This document shows, piece by piece, positions 50,410 to 60,455 of a DNA stretch of 64,000 nt. Origin of the DNA: an uncultured delta proteobacterium (lineage in GTDB: Bacteria > Desulfobacterota > Syntrophia > Syntrophales > UBA2185); the NCBI GenBank assembly GCA_963695875.1, contig CAVOID010000011.1:192001-256000 (forward strand), read 5' to 3'. How positions within the stretch are numbered: the first letter of the stretch is position 1; each line of letters opens with the position of its first letter. Position numbers and translations under genes: made by a program. The notes below the pieces were generated by a model. The model ran no database searches. It was not told where the DNA came from and saw only the letters and a program-made list of their open reading frames with translations.

Positions 50410-50925
50410 TCATTTATTTGGCCAGTCAGAAAATGCTGGTGACGCAATAATTGTAACTTGCGGAGGTGTGGCTACTTGAAGTTCGTGACCTGGGGGCAGT
50501 GCGGCACCGAATAAGAATTCCTTGCCGTCTTGTGATTGATAAAGGGGTTTCACATATTGTTGGCCTATGGGGAAATTGAAAACTGAAGTGGTAGTGGGAT
50601 GTGTAGATGATGCGGAAATGATGACGTAGTTGGGATGTTCGGTGTCAGTATTGCGAGCTTCGAGAGTGTTCTGGTTCTTGCCGAGGAGTCTATCTGATAG
50701 AGAAGGCGTTTTTAAATCAACCTCAAACCATGCAACTTTTGCATGAAGGTGTGAGCCAGGATTCGCTAAAGAAGCGGTCAAAAGGGCAAAAAAGACGCAG
50801 GCAACGAAAGTGAAGGTAAGAATCAGGGGGGGTGATTTTTTATAAACGGCTGAGGCAAGGCATATGAATGATACGATAAAACATAGAGAAAAGAGCACGG
50901 TGATGGCAGACAACGATGGCATCAA
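50410..50925 (-). CDS. Hypothetical two-TM membrane protein
   Basis: Two N-terminal TM helices; AAGGAG RBS. Confidence 0.6.
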   Translation of the reverse strand: MMPSLSAITVLFSLCFIVSFICLASAVYKKSPPLILTFTFVACVFFALLTASLANPGSHLHAKVAWFEVDLKTPSLSDRLLGKNQNTLEARNTDTEHPNYVIISASSTHPTTTSVFNFPIGQQYVKPLYQSQDGKEFLFGAALPPGHELQVATPPQVTIIASPAFSDWPNK

Positions 50926-51076
50926 ATCTCCTTTGATGTTGCAAGGTGAGATTGTGAAACATCACGTTTTTACGTAAGCATGCTCTAACTATGCATGGCA
51001 TCTGATGCATAGTTTAATTCGTCAGAAATATTCTGACTACTTCTGCACGCGTTTTTTCATTATCACGATTTCAAAA

Positions 51077-51125
51077 AGAAATCTATTATGAAAAAGGAAA
51101 TCAAACGATTACAGCTTTCAGGAAG
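51077..51125 (-). repeat. Conserved 49-bp site, copy 8 (degenerate)
   Basis: cttcc-tgaaagctgt-N24-atagatttct; adjacent 51135-51176 matches 28237-28279 upstream of copy 4. Confidence 0.55.
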
Positions 51126-51266
51126 AAGCAAAGTGTCGGCACAAGGGGCGGTAGGGTAGCCAACAACCGAAAGATGCAATTGATAAAGAAATATTATGGT
51201 AGGTGGTCAGATTGAAATTATGAAAAAATATTTAAACATTTACAAAAATAGTGATATACGGAAAAC

Positions 51267-52019
51267 ATGTGGTATTCATTCTGCAATTTACTATCTCGTG
51301 TTTGGAATAATTTGATTTATGCTCTTGGAACCACAACGCTTTCTATTTGTCTTTTCTCTTTTATAATTCCAATATTCATCTTTATCATCACACTTGTTTT
51401 TAATTACCGTGAGCATAGGAAAAAGGGAATTGAGATGGCGCAATTAATTAAAGATTCCCTATTATCATGGAAAACCATTATTCCCTCCCTCATTTATATC
51501 ATAGTATGGATATCGTTATTTGTTTGGGGTCTTACAAGCACCATCTATAACGATCACAAGTCGTTAATTGACAGGATTAATCAATTAAGCAAGCAAATCG
51601 AAAGCAATGAAAGAATCATTTTAGATAAGGATGTAGAGATTAAAAGCCTTAAAGAAAAACTGACTGATATAAAGTTCGCCGACGATGATCATGACAAAAA
51701 AGCACAGAAAAAGAGGCAAATTATGGATAAACTCGCAGCTTTTCTCAGTAGTGCAACAGTTCTTCAAAATCAATGTGCCGGGATTGGACCACCACTTCCT
51801 CCGGGGAAAAGTGCTTACCAGGTGTATGAAGATTTCCAAAAAGAGTTATACGATTACGTTAATAAAGAAATAGGTCATTCATATGCGCAACAGATGGTTG
51901 ATAGTCTTTCAATACGAGTTCCTCGACCAGATGGTTTATCGGAAATCAATGCAAATACTTGGATGTTGACAGAGCAAACAAAGAAACGCATCAGAGAACT
52001 TCTTGGAAAGTTTGAGTGA
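51267..52019 (+). CDS. Hypothetical two-TM coiled-coil protein
   Basis: AT-rich 250-aa ORF. Confidence 0.65.
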   Translation: MWYSFCNLLSRVWNNLIYALGTTTLSICLFSFIIPIFIFIITLVFNYREHRKKGIEMAQLIKDSLLSWKTIIPSLIYIIVWISLFVWGLTSTIYNDHKSLIDRINQLSKQIESNERIILDKDVEIKSLKEKLTDIKFADDDHDKKAQKKRQIMDKLAAFLSSATVLQNQCAGIGPPLPPGKSAYQVYEDFQKELYDYVNKEIGHSYAQQMVDSLSIRVPRPDGLSEINANTWMLTEQTKKRIRELLGKFE

Positions 52020-52173
52020 TACATTATTTAGTTAATTCTATAATTTCTTCCAACAACCATACATGATCAGTAATCCCTGCTTCCATTGCTGCTGTTATTC
52101 TCAGTGACCACTCATAATGAACCAGGACAATACATTTTAAAGAGATACGATAAGATTATTTAAGGAGGGCAAA

Positions 52174-52542
52174 ATGAAAAAATTATTATTGGTGGCGATT
52201 GCCGTCATAGTTGTTTTGCCAATTCCGTCATTATGCATTGCACAAAAATTTTTGCCAAAATGTTATGAGATAACACAGAATGTATTTATATTTGCATCAC
52301 CTTACGATGCACATCGGTGGGCTACTATTGGTGACAAAGAAATAGCTTGGAATTTTTTAAGGAGTTTGGAAGAAAGCAAAAAAGCCATTTTTGGAGGAAA
52401 GGGTTTTAAGGTCTATAAGGTTAAAGAAAAACTTTTTTCTTATGGTTTCTCTATGTATGCTCTTGCCGATTTCAGCACGAAGAAGTCTATTGGTTGGATT
52501 TCAATGTTGGATGTTAAAGAGCATCTAAAGCCATGTAAGTAA
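52174..52542 (+). CDS. Hypothetical secreted protein
   Basis: MKKLLLVAIAVIVVLP signal peptide; AAGGAGG RBS. Confidence 0.7.
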   Translation: MKKLLLVAIAVIVVLPIPSLCIAQKFLPKCYEITQNVFIFASPYDAHRWATIGDKEIAWNFLRSLEESKKAIFGGKGFKVYKVKEKLFSYGFSMYALADFSTKKSIGWISMLDVKEHLKPCK

Positions 52543-52858
52543 GGTAGTCTAACAATTAAATTGCATGAGGGCAAAATGGATAAACGGAAATTCTTATCAA
52601 AGCTCTATATCGTATTACTCACCTCTTTACTAATATTACCCTGTTCAAAGGATGTGAACGGTGCGGACTGGATATGGTTCGATACAGGATTAAATAATTC
52701 ATCATTTTTTTATGACGCAGATATCTTGTCGTTGCCGACTTCTTAAAGGGTTTGTGAAAGCTCAATTGGATATTGATTGAAATCGCTATAACCATGGCTT
52801 ACAATGAAAGACAAAGCCTGATTCAGGTTGGATAATTATCCGGGGGGAGACTGAGGCT

Positions 52859-53833
52859 ATGAAAGTGTTCATCACTGGGGGCACTGGGTTTGTCGGCAGC
52901 AGTTTGACAAGGGAACTTGCTCATAAAGGGCACAAAGTAACGGTACTCGACCGGACCATTAAGGCTGAAAAAGAATTCCCGTCGACAGTCTCATTTATAG
53001 AAGCTGATAGCAGTGTAAAGGGTCAGTGGCAGGACAGAGCCGCCGAGCATGAAATCTTCATCAATTTGGCCGGCGCCTCAATCTTCAGTCGCTGGAATGA
53101 AAAGACCAAGCGGGCAATCCGTGAAAGCCGCATGCTGACGACAAGTAACCTTGTCGAGGCTATATTCTGGAGTAAGAATGAAGGGGTTCGCCTTTTCAGC
53201 GCGTCGGCCGTCGGTTATTACGGCTTTCATGAAGATGAAGAGCTGACGGAAGAAGCGCCATCGGGCAATGACTTTCTTGCCTCCCTGGCGAGGGATTGGG
53301 AGGCTGCTGCCAACCGGGCCAATGCTTTCCATGCGAAAGTTATCATCTGCCGCTTCGGCATTGTACTGGGCAGGCGAGGTGGTGCGTTGCAGCAGATGAT
53401 TCCAATCTACAAGGCTTATCTGGGGTCTCCCTTGGGCAGCGGCAGGCAGTGGTTTTCCTGGGTCCATGAGCAGGATCTCGTCAATATCTTTCTATTCCTT
53501 ATTGATCAGAAGGATATCGAGGGGCCAATCAATTGCACCGCTCCGCAACCGGTGCGCAACTCCGAAATGACCAAAGCCATAGGTGAAGCATTGGGTATAC
53601 CGACATGGCCTTTTGGTGTTCCCGCTTTTATGATGAACCTCATCCTGGGAGAATTCGGGAGTGTCCTTTTAAAAGGTCAGAGGGTTATTCCTGGGAGACT
53701 TAAAAAATTAGGCTTTCAGTTCAAGTTTCCAACAATTCGTGAAGCATTGAATGATCTTTTGAAAAATAAACCTGTCTCGTACTCGATGCGGGAAAGGCAT
53801 GGAGGGACTGTCAATTGCATCTGCAAAGGCTGA
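52859..53833 (+). CDS. TIGR01777-family NAD-dependent epimerase/oxidoreductase
   Basis: TGGTGFVG, INLAGASI, SASAVGYYG, GSGRQWFSWVH. Confidence 0.93.
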   Translation: MKVFITGGTGFVGSSLTRELAHKGHKVTVLDRTIKAEKEFPSTVSFIEADSSVKGQWQDRAAEHEIFINLAGASIFSRWNEKTKRAIRESRMLTTSNLVEAIFWSKNEGVRLFSASAVGYYGFHEDEELTEEAPSGNDFLASLARDWEAAANRANAFHAKVIICRFGIVLGRRGGALQQMIPIYKAYLGSPLGSGRQWFSWVHEQDLVNIFLFLIDQKDIEGPINCTAPQPVRNSEMTKAIGEALGIPTWPFGVPAFMMNLILGEFGSVLLKGQRVIPGRLKKLGFQFKFPTIREALNDLLKNKPVSYSMRERHGGTVNCICKG

Positions 53834-53853
53834 AAGTATTTGGAGGTTGACTC

Positions 53854-54802
53854 ATGGGAAAGATCCGTATCGGCATAAGCACCTGTCTTCTGGGGGAGAA
53901 TGTCCGCTACAACGGCGGGCATGCGCTGGACCGCTTCCTGCGGGATACCCTGGGTAAGTATGTCGATTATGTGCCTGTGTGCCCGGAGGTGGAATGCGGT
54001 TTTGGTATTCCGCGAGAAACGTTCCGCCTGATGGGTGACCCGAAACAACCGCGCCTGGTGACGAGCCTCACGGGCGTAGATCATACGGACCGGATGGAGG
54101 CCTGGGCCAGGAAGCGTGTGGACGAGCTCGAGAATGAGGACCTCTGTGGGTTCATTTTTAAAAGCGACTCTCCATCGAGCGGGATGGAGCGTGTGAAGGT
54201 ATACGACGACAAGGGGGTGCCCCGAAAAATCGGTGTGGGAGTCTTCGCCCGGATCTTCATGGAGCACTTTCCACTGATACCCGTCGAAGAGGACGGCCGG
54301 CTCCACGACCCGATCCTGCGGGAGAACTTCATTGATCGCATCTTTACCTACAGGCGCTACCGTGAAATCATGGAGAAAAAGAAACGTATCCGGAGTCTCG
54401 TGGATTTTCACACCAGGAACAAACTTCTTCTCATGGCGCACAGCCCAAAGCATCTTAAGCAGATGGGATACCTTGTGGCACATGTCAGGGAACTCTCACC
54501 AAAGTGAACTGATCAGTCAGTATGAGAAACTCCTTATGGAGGCAATGGCGCTCAAGCCTTCAACAGCGAAGCATGCCAACGTCTTGCACCACGTGATGGG
54601 CTACTTTAAGAAAAACCTCTCCACTGATGAGAAACAGGAGCTCCTGGATGTCATTGACGAATACCGTCAGGGACTCATTCCTCTGATTGTGCCGTTGACT
54701 CTCATGAACCACTATGTAAGAAAATACGATGAGTCCTATCTGAAAGAGCAGACCTATCTCAATCCCCACCCGCTGGAGCTGCAACTTCGCAACCACGTGT
54801 AG
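53854..54802 (+). CDS. DUF523 (TudS-like) plus DUF1722 (YbgA) protein, +1 frameshift near 54500
   Basis: ISTCLLGENVRYNGGH, CPEVECG, SPSSG; second frame HANVLHHVMGYFK, YLNPHP. Confidence 0.88.
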
Positions 54803-54926
54803 GGTAAGGGGTTTAAAATAGCTTATCGGAAGCTTTTGAGATTACCTGGCTGACCTTCACGCTTCACTCGAGGTTTCAGTTCATCGTAATGACAGAAACT
54901 AATTGTGCAGAGGTTTTTCTCCATCT

Positions 54927-55268
54927 TTAAGGATTCAATCCTCTTCTATTCAGTTCCATACGGACATCGATTCTTCGCTGCCTCAAATCATCGGCTGTGT
55001 ACTCTGTGGCGCCCGTGCTCGCGCCGATACCGACTCCGGTCCTATGACCAAAAGTGCCAATTCCGAAACCGATTTCGGGTCCCTGCGGTTTTTCCTGACG
55101 TTCGATTTCGTCGTTCAACTGATAGAAATAGCGAAGGAGTTCTTCATTACTCATTTTATTATAATCCTGGGCCAGCAGCATTTTCGATCTCTCCGCGCAT
55201 CCCAAAACGAAAAGCACGACTGCGATACCGAGAATCAACACAGTAATCTTTTGATCGGTTCTCATCAT
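54927..55268 (-). CDS. Hypothetical lipoprotein
   Basis: VLG-C lipobox; Gly-rich GFGIGTFG..GVGIG. Confidence 0.7.
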   Translation of the reverse strand: MMRTDQKITVLILGIAVVLFVLGCAERSKMLLAQDYNKMSNEELLRYFYQLNDEIERQEKPQGPEIGFGIGTFGHRTGVGIGASTGATEYTADDLRQRRIDVRMELNRRGLNP

Positions 55269-55514
55269 ACATTCCCCATTTTGTATGCCTCTTTTGTTAT
55301 CATAGTCTGCATTGGAAATCTAATGCAAGGCAAAATATTAGGATTAACAACATGTCATCTGCACTTTTCAACACATATGCGTGGTAAGGACTTGTACAAA
55401 GGAATCCTGTTGCAAACTCCAATAGAATAGTTTATCTCTCGCTGAAAAGAATTAAGAAAAGTTCCGGTCTGTACGCACAAAGAACAATTCAGGCAAAGCA
55501 ATGAGTCGTTGGAA

Positions 55515-57882
55515 ATGAAAACCTTTATACTCTCTCTCCTGGCCTGGCTTTTTATTGTACCATCTGTGCTGGCAGGTGACAATTTATCTCCGTCTTCCTT
55601 ACTCAATGAAAACAAACTGGCATCGATAACCGGGATTGTCGAAAAAGCAATCAGCGACGGCAAGACACCGGGAGCGGTCGTACTGATCGGGAATGGCGGT
55701 CAGGTCGTTTATCGCAAGGCCTTTGGCTACAGCTCGATCGAGCCAAAAAAGATCGCCATGACCGAAGACACCATCTTTGATATAGCCTCTCTGACAAAGG
55801 TGGTTGCGACGACCACCGCCGTGATGCAGTTGTTAGAAGACGGGAAACTCCGTCTTGATGCCCCCGCGGCAAAATACTGGCCTGCATTTAAGAAGAAAGG
55901 CAAGGCCCGAATAACAATACGGCATCTCCTCACACACTATTCGGGGCTGCGGCCTGAACTCCGCATGAATCCTAAATCGCGCGGATACAAAATAGCCATG
56001 AACAAAATAATTGCGGAAAGGCCGATTTATCTTCCCGGGCGCAGTTTTACGTATAGTGACATAAATTTCGAAGTCCTCGGTGAAATCGTCCGCCGTGTAA
56101 CAGGACAGCCGCTCGACAAGTATTGCAATCAGCACATCTTCAAACCGCTGGGAATGAAAGACACTGTCTTCAATCCGTCAGCCGCTTTAAAGTCACGCAT
56201 CGCAGCTACCGAGTATCGCGGCAGTAAGATGCTGTGCGGCGAGGTTCATGACCCTTCGTGTTATAACATGGGCGGGATAGCCGGTCATGCCGGCCTCTTT
56301 TCCACCGCCGACGATCTCTCCATTTTTGCCCGGATGATGCTTAATGCGGGCAGTATGGGAAGTGTGAAGATATTAAAACCCGAGACGGTCGATCAGATGA
56401 CAATTCCACAGTCTCCGCCGGGTACAAACAGACTGCGCGGGCTTGGCTGGGACCTCGATGCCCCTTTTGCCTCTAACACGGAAGAAATTTTTCCCGTCGG
56501 TTCTTACGGCCACCTCGGCTATACAGGCACAGCACTGTGGATCGACCCTGTGACGGAAACATACATAATAGTCTTAACAAACCGGGTGCATCCTGCCGGT
56601 GGCGGGGACGTAAAGGCGCTCCGGGCTGAAATAAAGAAGGCGGTTTCAGATGCGCTCGGGCCCCTCTCAAACAATCAGATACTCAGTAGACGGCCGTCAC
56701 TGGCTGCCGGTTTTGTGAAAAAGGAACCCTGCACTTCAGACAGCAACGGCACAGGCAGATTATGCACCGGAATTGATGTCCTTTATAGTGAACGATTCTC
56801 GGCGCTGGCCGGCATGCGCGTAGGGCTTGTAACCAACCACACAGGCATCGATGCAGCAGGACGGCGCACTGTGGATCTTCTTTATCATGCCCCCGGCGTC
56901 AAGTTAAAGGCCATCTTCAGTCCGGAGCACGGGCTGGATGGAAAGGCCGACAGAAAAATACCTTCTTCCAGAGACAGCATTACAGGATTACCCGTGTATA
57001 GCCTATATGGTAAAAGCAAAAGGCCGGCGGACTCGGATGCTCAAAGGACTTGATGTGCTGGTATTCGATATACAGGATGCCGGTGTCCGCTTCTACACTT
57101 ACATCACGACAATGGGTTATATGATGGAGGCGGCAGCGAAGAAGGGCATCAAGTTCTATGTACTTGACAGGCCCAATCTCATCACCGCGTCCTTTGTTCA
57201 GGGGCCGGTGATGGATAAGGATCTGAAATCATTCACCGGATATTTCCCTTTACCTGTCAGGTACGGAATGACGGCAGGTGAGCTTGCAGGGATGTTCAAT
57301 GCCGAGTATGGGATAGGTGCGAAACTCACTGTAATCAGGATGTCCGGCTACAAGCGGACGCAATGGTATGATGAAACGGGCCTGGTCTGGGTAAATCCCT
57401 CGCCGAACCTCCGTAGCCTCACTGAAGCGACACTATATCCGGGAGTGGCGATGGTGGAAGGCGCAAATGTGAGTGTCGGTCGCGGGACGGCGGAACCTTT
57501 TGAGGTCTTAGGTGCGCCGTGGATAGAAGCGGAGAGCCTGTCAGCATACCTCAACAACCGCAACATTCCCGGCGTACAGTTCATGCCGGTGGATTTTACA
57601 CCCAAGAGCAGCAGCTTTGAGAATCGCTTATGTCACGGAGTCAGGATTGTCCTTACAGACCGCCAGGTGCTTGATCCCACATTCCTTGGGGTGGAGATCG
57701 CCTCTGCACTTTATCGGCTGTATCCGAAGGACTTCAAACTCGACGATACCGTCGATATTATAGGTGCATGGTGGGTTCTCGCCGCGATAAGGAAGGGGGA
57801 AGACCCGAGCGCTATCGCACTCAAATGGCAGAAGCCGCTTGATCGGTTTCTCGATCTAAGGGCCAAATATCTTCTCTATTAG
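55515..57882 (+). CDS. Serine hydrolase (AmiE-like beta-lactamase fold) fused to DUF1343 exo-N-acetylmuramidase (NamZ-like), +1 frameshift near 57035
   Basis: ASLTK, YSD, GHAGLFS, HLGYTG; then GLVTNHTG, FSPEHG, FDIQDAGVRFYTY, LDRPN, PSPNL. Confidence 0.88.
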
Positions 57883-57983
57883 TTCTGAAATCGCCCTCGC
57901 CCCGGAGCGGTGATGATTTGGAACCGCCTGCCGCTAACTACCTTTCTGACGGATTCATAGTGTTCTTATCGGCATGATTGCTT

Positions 57984-60149
57984 TTAACGGGCAGACGTGC
58001 CTTTAATATTCAACATAATGTCCAGATTTCTTTTTGCCTCCTCGTAATCCGGTTGTATCTGCAACGCTTTCCGCAGATGGTCGATAGCTTCATCCGTTCT
58101 GCCTTTTTGCGCCAGGGCTACAGCAAGGCTGTTGTGTGCTTTCGCAAATTTTGGATTGATCCGGAGCGCCTTTTCAAAATGGGTAATGGCCTCATCAATC
58201 TGTCCCTTATGCGTCAGGGCCACGCCAAGGCTATTGTGAGCTTCCGGAAGGTCAGGTTTGATCCGGAGTGCAGTGCGAAAATGATCGATTGCTCGATCGA
58301 GGTCGCGCTTCCGTGCCATGATCAAACCTAATGAAATGTGGGCTGCCGCAAGGTTCGGGTTTAGCCGCAGTGCTTCTTTAAATTCAGGGATGGCCTCATC
58401 AAACCGGCCCTTCTGAAAGAGAGACAATCCTGCTTGCATCCGGCCTTCGGCACTTTTCGGGTCTGCCGGCTGCTTAACTGCTATTTCGGGAATTTTCTGT
58501 TTTGGTTTCACCTGCCTGTTAAGTGCTATTTTCAGGTTCGATTCCGCGTCATGAAAATCCGGTTTTAATCTCAGTGACTCACGAAACCGGATAATTGCCT
58601 CATCCGTTCTTCCCAACTGAGACAATGCAATACCCATATTGTTATAGACTGCCGCAGCACCGGGTTGAATCCGCAAGGCTTCGGCATACTGAGAAAGCGA
58701 CTCTTCTATTTTCCCCTGCCTAGCTAGCGCATTGGCAAGGTTGTAGCGGGCTTCAAAATCATCAGGCTTAATTCGCAATGCCTCCGCATAATGAAGAACG
58801 GCATCGTCATATTTGCCCTGCTCCGCCAATGAAGCCCCCAAATTGCTGTGCATCACATAATTATTTTTTGTAACGCTGATGGCATGTTCAAAGAGGGTAA
58901 CGCTGTCATGCCAATGGCGGACCTGAAACATCGATACGGTCATTAAAACCCCGATAACGCATGCTGCCGACAAAGCGAGGGCAACACGGCGGTAGCGCCA
59001 TCTGGCCAGGAAATCCGGCATCGCCCAGGCGATTATCATGAATAGACCTATCAGAGGTATATAGGTGTACCGGTCAGCCATGGACTGATTTCCGACCTGC
59101 ACCAATCCGATGACCGGAACAAGGGTTCCCAGGTACCATAACCATCCGGTCATCACGTAGGGATAGCGCCGCACCGAGCGTATAGCAATTAATGTAATCA
59201 GAATCAGCAGCAGAATGGAGCCGCCGACCTGCCATATGGGCATTATGTCCGGATAGGGATAAAAAACTGCCAGACTTTCCGGCCAGACCATCTTTGCCAT
59301 GTAGGAAGTATAGGAGACAAGGGCATTACTGATCCTGGTTCCGAATGGCAGGGATTGGATAGGGGCAATACCGGTCCATTGCGCATATAGAGTGATGCCG
59401 ATAGATGCGGCTGCGATGATCAAGAGGGGGATCTTTTCAATAATCAGTCCGACGTTTGATTTTATTTCATCCCACTTCGCGGCGGTTTGCATACTGGTTT
59501 CGCTTATATTCAAAATTGACTTTCTAAACTGCAAACGGCCAAGAGGCCAGAAATCCAGGAGGAGCAGGACAAACGGGAGGGTTACCAGCATAGGTTTAGA
59601 CATGAGGCCGAAGGCAAAAAATAAAATAATCGGCAAATATCTATAAATTCCCGGACATTCTACATAACGGACATAAGCCGATAATGATAACATAAAAAAC
59701 AGGGTGCTCAGCACATCTTTGCGCTCCGCCACCCAGACCACAGATTCAATGTGAAGGGGGTGTATGGCAAAAAGTGCGGCCACAAAGGCACTCTGCCAGA
59801 TAAAGCCTGTCATCCGCTTTAAAATAAAGAAGAGTAAAAGCGTATTTACAATATGAAGAAACAGGCTGGTCAGATGATGACCGGCTGGATTTGAACCGTA
59901 GAGTTGATAGTCGAGCATATGAGAAAGCCAGGTCAGCGGATGCCAGTTGCTCACGTCTACGGAAGTGAATGCCCAGACAATGCCATCCTTCGTCAGCCCT
60001 GACTGTACATGATGATTCTCGGTGACATATTTGTCATCATCATAACGAACGAAGTCAAAATTATGCACCTGCCAGAAGACGGCAAGGGTAATCAAAGCAA
60101 GAAAAAAGGAAATAATAAAATTGCGGCCTTTGAAATTTAGTTTATGCAT
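57984..60149 (-). CDS. TMTC-like membrane glycosyltransferase domain plus TPR repeats
   Basis: YDDDKYV, WHPLT, HPLHIESVVWVAERKD, ADRYTYIP, multiple TPRs. Confidence 0.9.
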   Translation of the reverse strand: MHKLNFKGRNFIISFFLALITLAVFWQVHNFDFVRYDDDKYVTENHHVQSGLTKDGIVWAFTSVDVSNWHPLTWLSHMLDYQLYGSNPAGHHLTSLFLHIVNTLLLFFILKRMTGFIWQSAFVAALFAIHPLHIESVVWVAERKDVLSTLFFMLSLSAYVRYVECPGIYRYLPIILFFAFGLMSKPMLVTLPFVLLLLDFWPLGRLQFRKSILNISETSMQTAAKWDEIKSNVGLIIEKIPLLIIAAASIGITLYAQWTGIAPIQSLPFGTRISNALVSYTSYMAKMVWPESLAVFYPYPDIMPIWQVGGSILLLILITLIAIRSVRRYPYVMTGWLWYLGTLVPVIGLVQVGNQSMADRYTYIPLIGLFMIIAWAMPDFLARWRYRRVALALSAACVIGVLMTVSMFQVRHWHDSVTLFEHAISVTKNNYVMHSNLGASLAEQGKYDDAVLHYAEALRIKPDDFEARYNLANALARQGKIEESLSQYAEALRIQPGAAAVYNNMGIALSQLGRTDEAIIRFRESLRLKPDFHDAESNLKIALNRQVKPKQKIPEIAVKQPADPKSAEGRMQAGLSLFQKGRFDEAIPEFKEALRLNPNLAAAHISLGLIMARKRDLDRAIDHFRTALRIKPDLPEAHNSLGVALTHKGQIDEAITHFEKALRINPKFAKAHNSLAVALAQKGRTDEAIDHLRKALQIQPDYEEAKRNLDIMLNIKGTSAR

Positions 60150-60239
60150 AATCGTCTTGAGTTATATACAAGTTTCTTTGCAACTGTCTCTTCTTTAAAA
60201 ACTCTATTTCATCTTTTAATATGAAAATAGAATTTACTC

Positions 60240-60345
60240 ACCCCCTTTTTTAAAGGGGGCAGGGGGCTGTCCCCCGCTGGCGGGGGTTGGGGGTGGTCCT
60301 ATATCATCAAAATCCCTCTAAATCTCCCTTTATAAAAGGGAGACT
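60240..60345. repeat. CCCCCTT..AAGGGGG palindromic repeat cluster
   Basis: Several GC-clamped hairpins. Confidence 0.6.
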
Positions 60346-60455
60346 TAATAGTTCTTTCGCGGTTCGCCGCTTCCACGGGGACAAGCTTCATGCCTTCGTG
60401 GTGCCCCCACGGGGCATGGCGATTAGTAAGAATTAAATAATGGCTGGTTTGAGAT

